DNA from: a virus
Taxonomy: Duplodnaviria; Caudoviricetes
Virus record (IMG/VR): IMGVR_UViG_3300009788_000235
Coordinates: 1-32,067 of that record
Strand: one strand, 5' to 3'
Length of the DNA stretch: 32,067 nt
Shown: positions 16,953-24,934 of the stretch, piece after piece
Layout: each line of letters opens with the position of its first letter
Numbering within the stretch: position 1 is the stretch's first letter
Notes under the pieces: model-generated
Told to the model about the DNA's origin: nothing
The model's database searches: none
Seen by the model: only the letters and a program-made list of their open reading frames with translations
Program-made: the position numbers and the translations under genes

Positions 16953-18033
16953 GAGTATCGTACAGCTCGGCATAGTGTTACTGACGGCCGCCACGGCGAT
17001 CGGGGCGTACAGCGGCACTCCGTCTCGTTATGACGAAGAGAATACGCGGGGCAACTTCTTACTATCGGGCGACGAGAAGAATATCGTCTGGTTCAACGGC
17101 ACGAACTGGGTAGCTTTTCGGGCAGCCAGCGATATGGTGTCGAATACAGCGTACACATGGCCAATCGCTGACGGCGATCCCGGCGGCGTGCTTGAAACAA
17201 ACGGACTCGGGGGTCTGACGTGGGCGGACAGTCCGTCTGAAAAGGTGTGGGCGTTTATGAGCCGGGACGCATCGAGTGGAACCAACTATATCGGTGGGTT
17301 TTATAAATTCGGGGCAACGGACAACGACTTCAACCCGTCGATCACGTTCGGTACGGTCAACGCATCCTATGCGGCTCATTTCTTCCTGGTGCAGGCGGCG
17401 GGAGCGGGCGGCGGAACCGATACGGTCATTCGAATTACCGGGACGACAATAAACGATCAGGGCGTTCGGGTAACTGCGGTGGATGTGGATATTGCAGTAG
17501 ACGACGCCGGAGCGGCGAATACTTATTACGAAACGCCTGAAAAGTGGCTCGGTCAGGTGACTATAGCGAAGCAATCCGGGCCGGACCTGTTGTGCAATTT
17601 TGGCTTCTGTAAATACTGGGACGATAACAACACAGACTTTAAGGTTGTGGGTATAGAGGCTACGTGGCTGGGCGCTAAGAACGACAATGCTCCCGATATC
17701 CAACTGCACCATCACAGAGCGGGCGGGTGGACGTACAATAACGCAGCGCCGCCGGACCCCCCTACCGAAGTTGCTTCGATGGCGACTGATCACGATACCG
17801 AGATATTTATCAAGGCGGCCGAAGAAGGCGCGTGGAAGAGAGACAATCTGGACGTGAATATACGCGGTGGCAGCAGTGAAGGGACCATAATCGAACTGAC
17901 TACCACGACGAACCGGACGTATGCGATTGGAAATTTCATGATCAGAATTACGCCATTTGGCGACGTCACCATGATATACGAAGACGGCAACACGATGATA
18001 TACGAAGACGGCAACACAATGGTATACCAGTAG
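16945..18033 (+). CDS. Signal-peptide-bearing tail appendage protein, 362 aa
   Basis: MVKSIVQLGIVLLTAATAIG signal; fibre-shaft motif YTWPIADG..GVLETNGLGGLTW; C-terminal MIYEDGNT repeats. Confidence 0.75.
   Translation: MVKSIVQLGIVLLTAATAIGAYSGTPSRYDEENTRGNFLLSGDEKNIVWFNGTNWVAFRAASDMVSNTAYTWPIADGDPGGVLETNGLGGLTWADSPSEKVWAFMSRDASSGTNYIGGFYKFGATDNDFNPSITFGTVNASYAAHFFLVQAAGAGGGTDTVIRITGTTINDQGVRVTAVDVDIAVDDAGAANTYYETPEKWLGQVTIAKQSGPDLLCNFGFCKYWDDNNTDFKVVGIEATWLGAKNDNAPDIQLHHHRAGGWTYNNAAPPDPPTEVASMATDHDTEIFIKAAEEGAWKRDNLDVNIRGGSSEGTIIELTTTTNRTYAIGNFMIRITPFGDVTMIYEDGNTMIYEDGNTMVYQ
17971..18030 (+). repeat. 24-nt coding tandem repeat x2.5 (MIYEDGNT MIYEDGNT MVYQ)
   Basis: ATGATATACGAAGACGGCAACAC is exact at 17971 and 17995. 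Confidence 0.9.
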
Positions 18034-18040
18034 GTGCTTT

Positions 18041-19372
18041 ATGAAGAACTTCAAATCGATAGTGCTGATATTGATGCTTGCAGGCGTTGGTTATGGCGCC
18101 GACGTGAAGTGGACGGCGGTTAGTGAACTGACCGCCATTGCCGACGCGGACATTCTCCTGGTAGTAGACGATGTGGCGGGTACTCCCACCTCCAAGAGAA
18201 TCACCGTTCTGAACTTCTTCGATACGATCGACACATCCGCGAAACTGGCTGCAATCCTGGGCGATGAGACGGGAACGGGCCTGGCAGTCTTCGGCACGAG
18301 CCCAACGCTCATAACGCCGGCACTCGGCACGCCGGCGTCGGCTACGCTGACCAATGCGACGGGACTGCCGATATCGACCGGCGTATCGGGTCTGGCGGCG
18401 AATATGGCCACATGGCTGGTTACTCCATCAAGCGCGAATCTCGCAGCGACTCTTACCGATGAAACAGGATCGGGCCTGGCTGTATTCGGCACTGGCCCGA
18501 CATTTCCCACCTTCATTGATATAACCCCAACGGCAAGCCAGGCACATTCCGAAGGACGGATATTTTATGATTCAGATGTAGATACTCACGTCGGATATAA
18601 CGCCGAGCCCGATGTGAGCTTGAACTTTGGCGAGGAGTTATGGGTTCCTGTTAGGAATGCTTCTGGCAGCACAATTCTTAATGGCCAGGCCGTGTATTTC
18701 GATGGAGATACCGGAGGCAGGACTAATATTCTTCTCGCCAAGGCTGATTCAGCATCAACTGCCTTGGTCGCTGGGTTGGCAACGCACGATATTGAAAATA
18801 ATACTGACGGATATGTGGTTGTCTTTGGAGTTGCCCACGGGGCAGAAAACACAGTAGGACTTTCGGGTGGCGATCCATTATATTTATCCGCAGCTACGGG
18901 TGGAGATTTAACGGCGACACCCCCAACGCCCCCGGATTTCATAGTCTTGGTGGCAACAGTTAGAACCGTTAGTGCGAATGGTGATGTGTTCGTATGCCCG
19001 CAAATAGATTATACGGACGGAGTCGTGTTGAATTCCCTGAACGTTGTGGGGACTGTCACAGCGCCAACATTCGCGGGGGCTCTTACAGGCAACGCCAGCA
19101 CAGCGACGGCATTAGAAACCGCCCGGAATATCGGCGGTGTGAGCTTCGACGGCACGGCTTCGATCGTACCGACGACTATTGTCGTCGCAGACACCGAGGA
19201 CGCGACGACGTTCGTAGGTTTATGGACGGACGCCACGGGCAGTCTATTGCCCAAGACTGATGAGGAGTTGACCTACGCCGCCGATACGGGGACTTTGACG
19301 GCTACGGAATTCGTAGGCGGTGGAGTTGGAATTACGGGTGTTACCGCCGCGCACGATGGTACAATCACATAG
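18041..19372 (+). CDS. Long tail fibre, N-terminal part (signal peptide; ends at the in-frame TAG 19370-19372)
   Basis: MKNFKSIVLILMLAGVGYG signal; fibre anchor motif ELTA..DILLVVD..TSKRIT; duplicated DETG(T/S)GLAVFGT; GNASTATALETARNIGGVSFDGTA fibre repeat. Confidence 0.8.
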   Translation: MKNFKSIVLILMLAGVGYGADVKWTAVSELTAIADADILLVVDDVAGTPTSKRITVLNFFDTIDTSAKLAAILGDETGTGLAVFGTSPTLITPALGTPASATLTNATGLPISTGVSGLAANMATWLVTPSSANLAATLTDETGSGLAVFGTGPTFPTFIDITPTASQAHSEGRIFYDSDVDTHVGYNAEPDVSLNFGEELWVPVRNASGSTILNGQAVYFDGDTGGRTNILLAKADSASTALVAGLATHDIENNTDGYVVVFGVAHGAENTVGLSGGDPLYLSAATGGDLTATPPTPPDFIVLVATVRTVSANGDVFVCPQIDYTDGVVLNSLNVVGTVTAPTFAGALTGNASTATALETARNIGGVSFDGTASIVPTTIVVADTEDATTFVGLWTDATGSLLPKTDEELTYAADTGTLTATEFVGGGVGITGVTAAHDGTIT

Positions 19373-20734
19373 ACAGGAACGTCTATTCTGGAATCCGGCC
19401 CAGCCTTCCAGTTTGGCGATGCCACGGACGCTACGCTGACTCACACGTATGCCAATACGGGGACGAACGTAGCCGTTGCGTACAGTTCGGCGGCAATGGA
19501 TGTGACGGGGGCACTGTCAGCAACATTGACGGTAAGCGGCACGGATATAATTACGAGTCTCGGCGCTGAAGGAACACCGAGCCATACGTTTACAGGCGAC
19601 TTGGATACTGGTATGTGGTCCCCAATTGCCGACGAACTTGCATGGAGTCTGGGTGCATCGGAATCTATGCGACTAGACGCGACCGGACTGGGGATTGGGA
19701 CGGATGATCCCGCCGACAGAGTTGATATCACAGAAGGCGGGCTCCAAATTCAAGAGCAACCGGACGATGCTGTAATCATAGACACTACCGTCATTGGGCG
19801 CATTGGGTTCTTTGGAGACGACAACAGTGTGGCGGCCGATGTCATTGGTGGGGACATCGAAGTAATTGCAACGGCTACAGTGATTAACGGACAGGAAGAC
19901 TACAAGATGGTCTTCAGGGTAGCGGACGGCGGTGTCTTAAATGCGGACCAATGGGTTCTCCATACGGACGGCACGGTGAGTTCATCCGGCGCAATTACTG
20001 CAACGGGCTCCTTTATCATCGGCGCAGCCGATATGTCAGAGTCCGATCTTGAACAGTTAGACGGTATCACCCCAGGCACGGCGGCGGCTTCCAAGGCCGT
20101 TGTCCTGGATGGCAGCTCCGATACTACCGGAATCAATAGCTTGACGGCCACGACGCTTACAGACGGTACGTTGTCAGTCACTGGTGGAGCTATTACTGGT
20201 GGAACGGGAATAACATCCACGGGAGTAATGGACTTCGGAGCAGCGACAAGTACCGAAATAGTCAACGGCACCGATCCCGACGTGGACGCCGACGGCGAGA
20301 TATCCTGGGACACCGACGACAATACATTGAGAGGCTGGGACGGAACTAACCAAGTGGCGGTGGGCTCAAAAAAGAAGCCGGCACAATTCACAGTCATGGA
20401 GCCGGATAATCTGGCAAACAGCACGTTTGTGACGATCTGGGAGAATGATAGCGGGTTTGATTTCATCATCACTGAATTGCGGTCGTATTCCGGAACTGAC
20501 GATGCGGCGTATACGCTTGTCAGACGCGACGCAGACGGCGCGAACCCGACGACAATTGAAGCAGTGACAATCAGCACCGACGGAACGGCATTGTTCTATA
20601 ACGTCGTGGCTTCCGGTGACATCGACGTAACGACGGTCGGCGACGGGCAGATAATCGGGTTCGATAATTCCGCGCATGACGACGATTATATCAAAGTCCG
20701 CATTCAAGGTTATTTTAATGCAGATGTTAACTAA
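19373..20734 (+). CDS. Long tail fibre, C-terminal part; same frame and open directly after the TAG (ORF track start 19496)
   Basis: No stop between 19373 and 19496; no RBS before ATG 19496; fibre motifs PSHTFTGDLDTGMW, GLGIGTDDP, LDGITPGTAAASKAVVLD. Confidence 0.7.
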   Translation, partial: TGTSILESGPAFQFGDATDATLTHTYANTGTNVAVAYSSAAMDVTGALSATLTVSGTDIITSLGAEGTPSHTFTGDLDTGMWSPIADELAWSLGASESMRLDATGLGIGTDDPADRVDITEGGLQIQEQPDDAVIIDTTVIGRIGFFGDDNSVAADVIGGDIEVIATATVINGQEDYKMVFRVADGGVLNADQWVLHTDGTVSSSGAITATGSFIIGAADMSESDLEQLDGITPGTAAASKAVVLDGSSDTTGINSLTATTLTDGTLSVTGGAITGGTGITSTGVMDFGAATSTEIVNGTDPDVDADGEISWDTDDNTLRGWDGTNQVAVGSKKKPAQFTVMEPDNLANSTFVTIWENDSGFDFIITELRSYSGTDDAAYTLVRRDADGANPTTIEAVTISTDGTALFYNVVASGDIDVTTVGDGQIIGFDNSAHDDDYIKVRIQGYFNADVN

Positions 20735-20742
20735 GGAGAATC

Positions 20743-22332
20743 ATGTTAAAGAAGATCATTCTATTTCTATTCTTGATTGGTGTAGCCTACAGCCAAGACA
20801 ATTATTATATGGACTATACGAATGGAATAGACACTGCATTAGGAAAGAAGCAGGGAAACTTCACAGCGGACGGCGGAACGAACACTACCACTGTAGTCGA
20901 TGCAGAGTTGGACGGACTGCCAATAACCGACAACGCGGCGAGTGGTGGCGATTTCGTATGGAACGTCACTAGGAGCCTGGGGGGGTTCGTGGATGCCTTT
21001 GACGACGGAACCGATACGATCACACTGGTAGGGTCGATTGCAGGCCAGACCACCGGAGATACTTACTATCTATTATCTGCATGGAAGACGATTACCAAGT
21101 ACACGACGGAAGCAAGAACCGCCGGTGATGATGGTTTTCTCAGAGCAGGTGATAAGGGAGGAATTTGGCTCCAAGGGACCGAGGCTGTTGATATTAGCTT
21201 TCTATCCGATGGGTCGGTCGATCTTCTTATCGAATTGATAGGATGTGACTCGGTCACGAACGATCCGTGGGTCGATGCTTCGGATGTTTTACCTATAATA
21301 GATTTTGAAAATGGGTCTTTTAACATCGCCGCTTCCGGGGACGACTTCTGGAAGTTGACTCGGTTGGATATTCGGCAATCCGCCGACGGCAACGGCGCAG
21401 TATCAATAGGCAGCGCGTACAAGGGTGACGGGTTCATGCTTGTCGATTGCACGATACGAGACGGAGCCACGACTTCTATAGAGGGTGTCCGCGTGAGTGG
21501 TGGTAAGGCGATGCTTGACAACTGCACTTTTCGGGATTGCGAGGGTGTATCTATTCAATCGCAAGACGGAGGGTTGTTAATTGTTAAAAACTCTTCAATT
21601 GACGCAGGGTCGGCCGGTGGGTCTACTTACGGCGCATACGTAGTGAATGCAGGATGTATAGAAATTATCGACACCACGATGGCTGGGACAAATGCGTTCG
21701 ATACGACGACTCTAAGAGCCCTTAACGGCGGCGACATTATTTTACGCAACGTCACATTTGGAACGGAAACCTACGAGACCGGTGACGGCATTAGTATATT
21801 CTCCGAAGATAACGACGGTGTATTTGAATCACAGGAACGCAGATACCCCCAAGGAATTATAGTAAGAGATACGGCATCTGCGAGGGGTGGCGGGGCCGAT
21901 TCGTATACAGTGCTAACTCCCAACGCTGCTTGTGGTGTGAATCAGCCACTTTTGCATGGCGATAGATTGATAGGTTTTTCCCAGTTCTGGGCGACGGCTT
22001 CGACACAATTAGATATTTCGGTATATGCCCGAGTAGGAACTGCATGGGACATCCCGATTGACAGTGGCGGCGAAGGCGGCGACGTGTACGTGTCGTTTAG
22101 TTACTTGAGCGAAGCGGGGGCCGGGGATGCGACACGGACGGAGATATTTTCTACCGAGACATTAAGTAATGTCGCCGACTGGACGACCGGCGTACACGCT
22201 TTAACCTCCGGTAATTTTACACCACTAAAGACCGGATGGGTCTATATGAAGTTTTTCCTAACTGAAACAGACGGCGTGGATTATGCCGAGGAAGTCTTGG
22301 TTGATATTCTACCTGTTGTATCGGAGACTTAA
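20743..22332 (+). CDS. Signal-peptide-bearing beta-helix tailspike-like protein, 529 aa
   Basis: AAGGAG RBS; MLKKIILFLFLIGVAYS signal; YYMDYTNG...AWKTI...AGD cap; LVDCTI/LDNCTF/VKNSSI/LRNVTF rungs. Confidence 0.8.
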   Translation: MLKKIILFLFLIGVAYSQDNYYMDYTNGIDTALGKKQGNFTADGGTNTTTVVDAELDGLPITDNAASGGDFVWNVTRSLGGFVDAFDDGTDTITLVGSIAGQTTGDTYYLLSAWKTITKYTTEARTAGDDGFLRAGDKGGIWLQGTEAVDISFLSDGSVDLLIELIGCDSVTNDPWVDASDVLPIIDFENGSFNIAASGDDFWKLTRLDIRQSADGNGAVSIGSAYKGDGFMLVDCTIRDGATTSIEGVRVSGGKAMLDNCTFRDCEGVSIQSQDGGLLIVKNSSIDAGSAGGSTYGAYVVNAGCIEIIDTTMAGTNAFDTTTLRALNGGDIILRNVTFGTETYETGDGISIFSEDNDGVFESQERRYPQGIIVRDTASARGGGADSYTVLTPNAACGVNQPLLHGDRLIGFSQFWATASTQLDISVYARVGTAWDIPIDSGGEGGDVYVSFSYLSEAGAGDATRTEIFSTETLSNVADWTTGVHALTSGNFTPLKTGWVYMKFFLTETDGVDYAEEVLVDILPVVSET

Positions 22333-22333
22333 C

Positions 22334-22591
22334 ATGAAAAAGACAGTTATACTCTTAGTTCTTCTGACTTGCTCCTTAGTGAATGCTACATCAGAATGGA
22401 TGATGGGCAATTCAGTAGTTATCGTTAACGGCGTAGAAGAATGGTCTCTAGGCACTTCGGTGGTTGCGTTTGAACCAGAAGCCGCGCCCGCCGAAGAGCA
22501 CACGCAAGTTATCGTTATAACGACAGCTTTGCAATGGATTTTCATACTCGGATTGGTTGGAATATTTCTCTCCTGGAGGAAGTCGGCATGA
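22334..22591 (+). CDS. Small exported membrane-anchored protein, 85 aa (signal peptide plus C-terminal TM and basic tail)
   Basis: MKKTVILLVLLTCSLVNA; two EW-x2-G-x-SVV units; TM ALQWIFILGLVGIFLSW followed by RKSA; ATGA overlap with the next gene. Confidence 0.75.
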   Translation: MKKTVILLVLLTCSLVNATSEWMMGNSVVIVNGVEEWSLGTSVVAFEPEAAPAEEHTQVIVITTALQWIFILGLVGIFLSWRKSA

Positions 22592-23466
22592 ACAGCAGAC
22601 CGAAAATCCTGTTTTACAGTGAAACGGGAGCGTCGCTGCCGATTGCATGGCGAATGCGCCGTATGGGATTCGAGGTTGCCGTTTTTATTGCGGAAAAACA
22701 ATACAGGAAGTGCTATCAAGGTATTCTGCCTGAAGTGCCTGAAGTTGCCGTGTTCGGATTGGTCGATTCGGCCGATCTTGTTGTTTGGGATGAAGACCTG
22801 CACAGCATTAACCAGCGAGTCGTCAAGGCTATGGACCACAAGAATCAACTGGACCTCAATGCAATACTCGGCGGCTTCAGTACCATCCAAAACCAGCACC
22901 TGATGGACGGAGATCTGGGGCCGGACGTGGCGTGCCAGGGATCGCTCATGAGTCACAATCCCGCAAGGCCGTGCGGCCGGCCGAACGCCGACGCGATATA
23001 CGGTATGCTGAGTCTGATCGACGGTGATTGGACGGAGCTATTCACTGATGGGGATGTAAAGTTTAAAGAAGGATGTGTGGCCAGTCAGCGGGTAACGATC
23101 GGTCCGTATCCTTACTTGAATATCGAAGGTCAGCAGGTCGAAATCGAAAGCGACCTATCGAAACTGCCGTGGTTCTGGGCGCAAGACGTCGCCAGGGTAA
23201 ACGGCAAGTGGGTATCGGCAGGGGCGGACGGGTTGCTCGGCGTGGCAGCGGGAGTGGGAAACACCCCGAACGAGGCCTGGGGTAGGTGCTATCAGCATAT
23301 AAAGTCATTGAAGATTAACGCGAGTATTCAATACAGAAGGGACGGCTTGCGAAGTGCGAGGAGAGAAGTAGAAAAACGAAGTGCGAAAATTGCGATTGGT
23401 GCGAAGGGTGAGAAGGGTGAAACCGGTGCGAAGGGTTTGAAGGGTGTGAAGGTAAAAACTGTGTGA
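22588..23466 (+). CDS. Degenerate phosphoribosylamine-glycine ligase (PurD)-like ATP-grasp protein (start ATG 22588)
   Basis: GGAGG RBS; ADLVVWD, LMDGDLGPDVACQGS (cf. DGDxGPNTGGMG), PYPY, GVAAGVGNTPNEAWGRCY, QYRRDG (cf. YRxDIG); much shorter than PurD. Confidence 0.72.
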   Translation: MNSRPKILFYSETGASLPIAWRMRRMGFEVAVFIAEKQYRKCYQGILPEVPEVAVFGLVDSADLVVWDEDLHSINQRVVKAMDHKNQLDLNAILGGFSTIQNQHLMDGDLGPDVACQGSLMSHNPARPCGRPNADAIYGMLSLIDGDWTELFTDGDVKFKEGCVASQRVTIGPYPYLNIEGQQVEIESDLSKLPWFWAQDVARVNGKWVSAGADGLLGVAAGVGNTPNEAWGRCYQHIKSLKINASIQYRRDGLRSARREVEKRSAKIAIGAKGEKGETGAKGLKGVKVKTV

Positions 23467-23481
23467 AAGGTTTGAACGGTA
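23380..23481 (+). repeat. 9-nt repeat cluster 6, the longest (~11 units), partly translated as GAKGEKGETGAKGLKGVK
   Basis: GGTGCGAAG GGTGAGAAG GGTGAAACC GGTGCGAAG GGTTTGAAG GGTGTGAAG ... TGTGTGAAA GGTTTGAAC; continues past stop 23466 up to ATG 23482. Confidence 0.92.
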
Positions 23482-23991
23482 ATGGGAACAGAAAAAGAGC
23501 AACTGAGATTTATACGAGTAATCGATCCGAACGTGTTCGATCTGATACCGCGGAAGCTCTTCGAGCAGGTTGAGAGTCTCGAGCCCGCGCACGTGGATAA
23601 TTTGATCAAGTACGGTAAGCACATGCTGAACCGGTTCGAGTCGAAGGGCGGGGAAATGGTGCTTGTGCCGAACATTCTGGTCCACGTAGCCGTAATGGTG
23701 GACTCCAATACCAAGATCCACGGGATCTTATGGGCGGAGTTCGATATCGTCGAAGAACTAATCTACGTGCAACTGGCGTCGGTGGAAAAGGCATATCAAG
23801 GCGGGTCCAGGAAGCTCATAACAGATTATCTTTTTGGTCTTGACGTTGACCCGCGGTGCAAGGGCAAGATAAGAATGAACACTGCAAAGCCGAGAGCTTA
23901 CGAGCGAGCGGGCTGGAAGCGATCGAAGATGATCATAATGGAGATTGACAATGTGGGCGAAACAGATCCAGATTCGGACGCAGAGGCTTAG
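23482..23991 (+). CDS. GNAT-fold acyltransferase-like protein, 169 aa
   Basis: IHGILWA, motif-A-like LASVEKAYQGGSRKLI, YERAGW; occupies the slot before ejection proteins as in many podophages. Confidence 0.65.
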   Translation: MGTEKEQLRFIRVIDPNVFDLIPRKLFEQVESLEPAHVDNLIKYGKHMLNRFESKGGEMVLVPNILVHVAVMVDSNTKIHGILWAEFDIVEELIYVQLASVEKAYQGGSRKLITDYLFGLDVDPRCKGKIRMNTAKPRAYERAGWKRSKMIIMEIDNVGETDPDSDAEA

Positions 23992-24925
23992 CCGGCCGAC
24001 GCATTCCTGGCGGTTCCTCGGCGGCGGCGGGTCGAAGACAAAGACGGTAGATCCATTCGCGGAAATACGGCCGTTGCAGCAGCAGTTAAACCAACTGCTC
24101 GGCGAGCAGCTCGGCCAGGGAGTGGAGCGGTTCGGCGGTGAGAGAGTGCCGGGAGCATCCGGGCTGCAAACAGCCGGCTTCGACGTTGCTCGGGGTCTGA
24201 CCCCGATAGCATCGGGCGGTCAGCAATTCGGAGCTCAGCAAACGGCAGGTCTGGATCCGGGGACAGCCGGCCGCGTAACGGGCCAGGCGGAACAAGCGCT
24301 CAGTGGGATACTCGGACCACAGGACCTGGAAGCAGTGAACCGACTCTTCCAGACGGGCTTCGTTGATCCCGCGCAGGGGAATATCAACCGATTACTGAGA
24401 GGTGTATCGGAGCGATTCGCAGGGGCGGGCTCGGCGGGAGCGACAGGAGGCGGGGCGTTCGGTCGAAGCCTGGGCCGGGCGGCCGGGGAGGCGGGTACGC
24501 AGTTGAACGCTCAACTTGCCAAGCTGCTCTTCGAGACGGACCAGGCGAATAAGAACAGGCAGTTGCAGGGCGTGGGCGCCGCAACGAATCTGGCGCAACT
24601 TCCCGGGCAGGTCGCCGGCCAGGGTGAAATACTCGGACTGGGGCCACTGGCCAGTTTACTCGATATCGGCGGGATCCAGCGGGGAATACAAGGCGAGCAG
24701 GGCGAAGCGGGTTTCCAGGAGTTCCTACGCACGCGAGATTTCAATAATCCGTTCCTGAACCTGCTACCGACGGCGTTTAACGTACCGGGCAAGACAATCG
24801 TTCAGGAGCAGCAAGGACCGGGACTCGGTGGTTTTCTTGGAACGGTGGGAGGTGCGTTCCTGGGTCCAGCGGGCGGCGCGTTGGGAGGTGCCCTCGGTAA
24901 GAGTCTATTCGATGGCGGTGAATAG
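23951..24925 (+). CDS. Probable DNA ejection (internal virion) protein 1, Gly/Gln/Ala-rich (start ATG 23951)
   Basis: GGAG RBS; basic leader then FLGGGGSKTKT; Q/A/G-rich helices; Gly-zipper C-terminus GLGGFLGTVGGAFLGPAGGALGGALG. Confidence 0.75.
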   Translation: MWAKQIQIRTQRLSRPTHSWRFLGGGGSKTKTVDPFAEIRPLQQQLNQLLGEQLGQGVERFGGERVPGASGLQTAGFDVARGLTPIASGGQQFGAQQTAGLDPGTAGRVTGQAEQALSGILGPQDLEAVNRLFQTGFVDPAQGNINRLLRGVSERFAGAGSAGATGGGAFGRSLGRAAGEAGTQLNAQLAKLLFETDQANKNRQLQGVGAATNLAQLPGQVAGQGEILGLGPLASLLDIGGIQRGIQGEQGEAGFQEFLRTRDFNNPFLNLLPTAFNVPGKTIVQEQQGPGLGGFLGTVGGAFLGPAGGALGGALGKSLFDGGE

Positions 24926-24934
24926 GAGAAAATC

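Noticed and set aside
17062-18054. Long minus-strand ORFs (also 5459-6193, 7285-8001, 19900-20577, 22309-22956, 27451-28260)
   Set aside because: Antisense shadows of well-supported plus-strand genes in GC-rich DNA; no motifs
13491-22332. Diversity-generating retroelement or invertible fibre cassette
   Set aside because: No reverse transcriptase or invertase, and no ~100-nt TR/VR pair differing at adenines was seen
22588-23466. Functional purD auxiliary metabolic gene
   Set aside because: ATP-binding segments appear missing and the context is virion morphogenesis; gene symbol withheld
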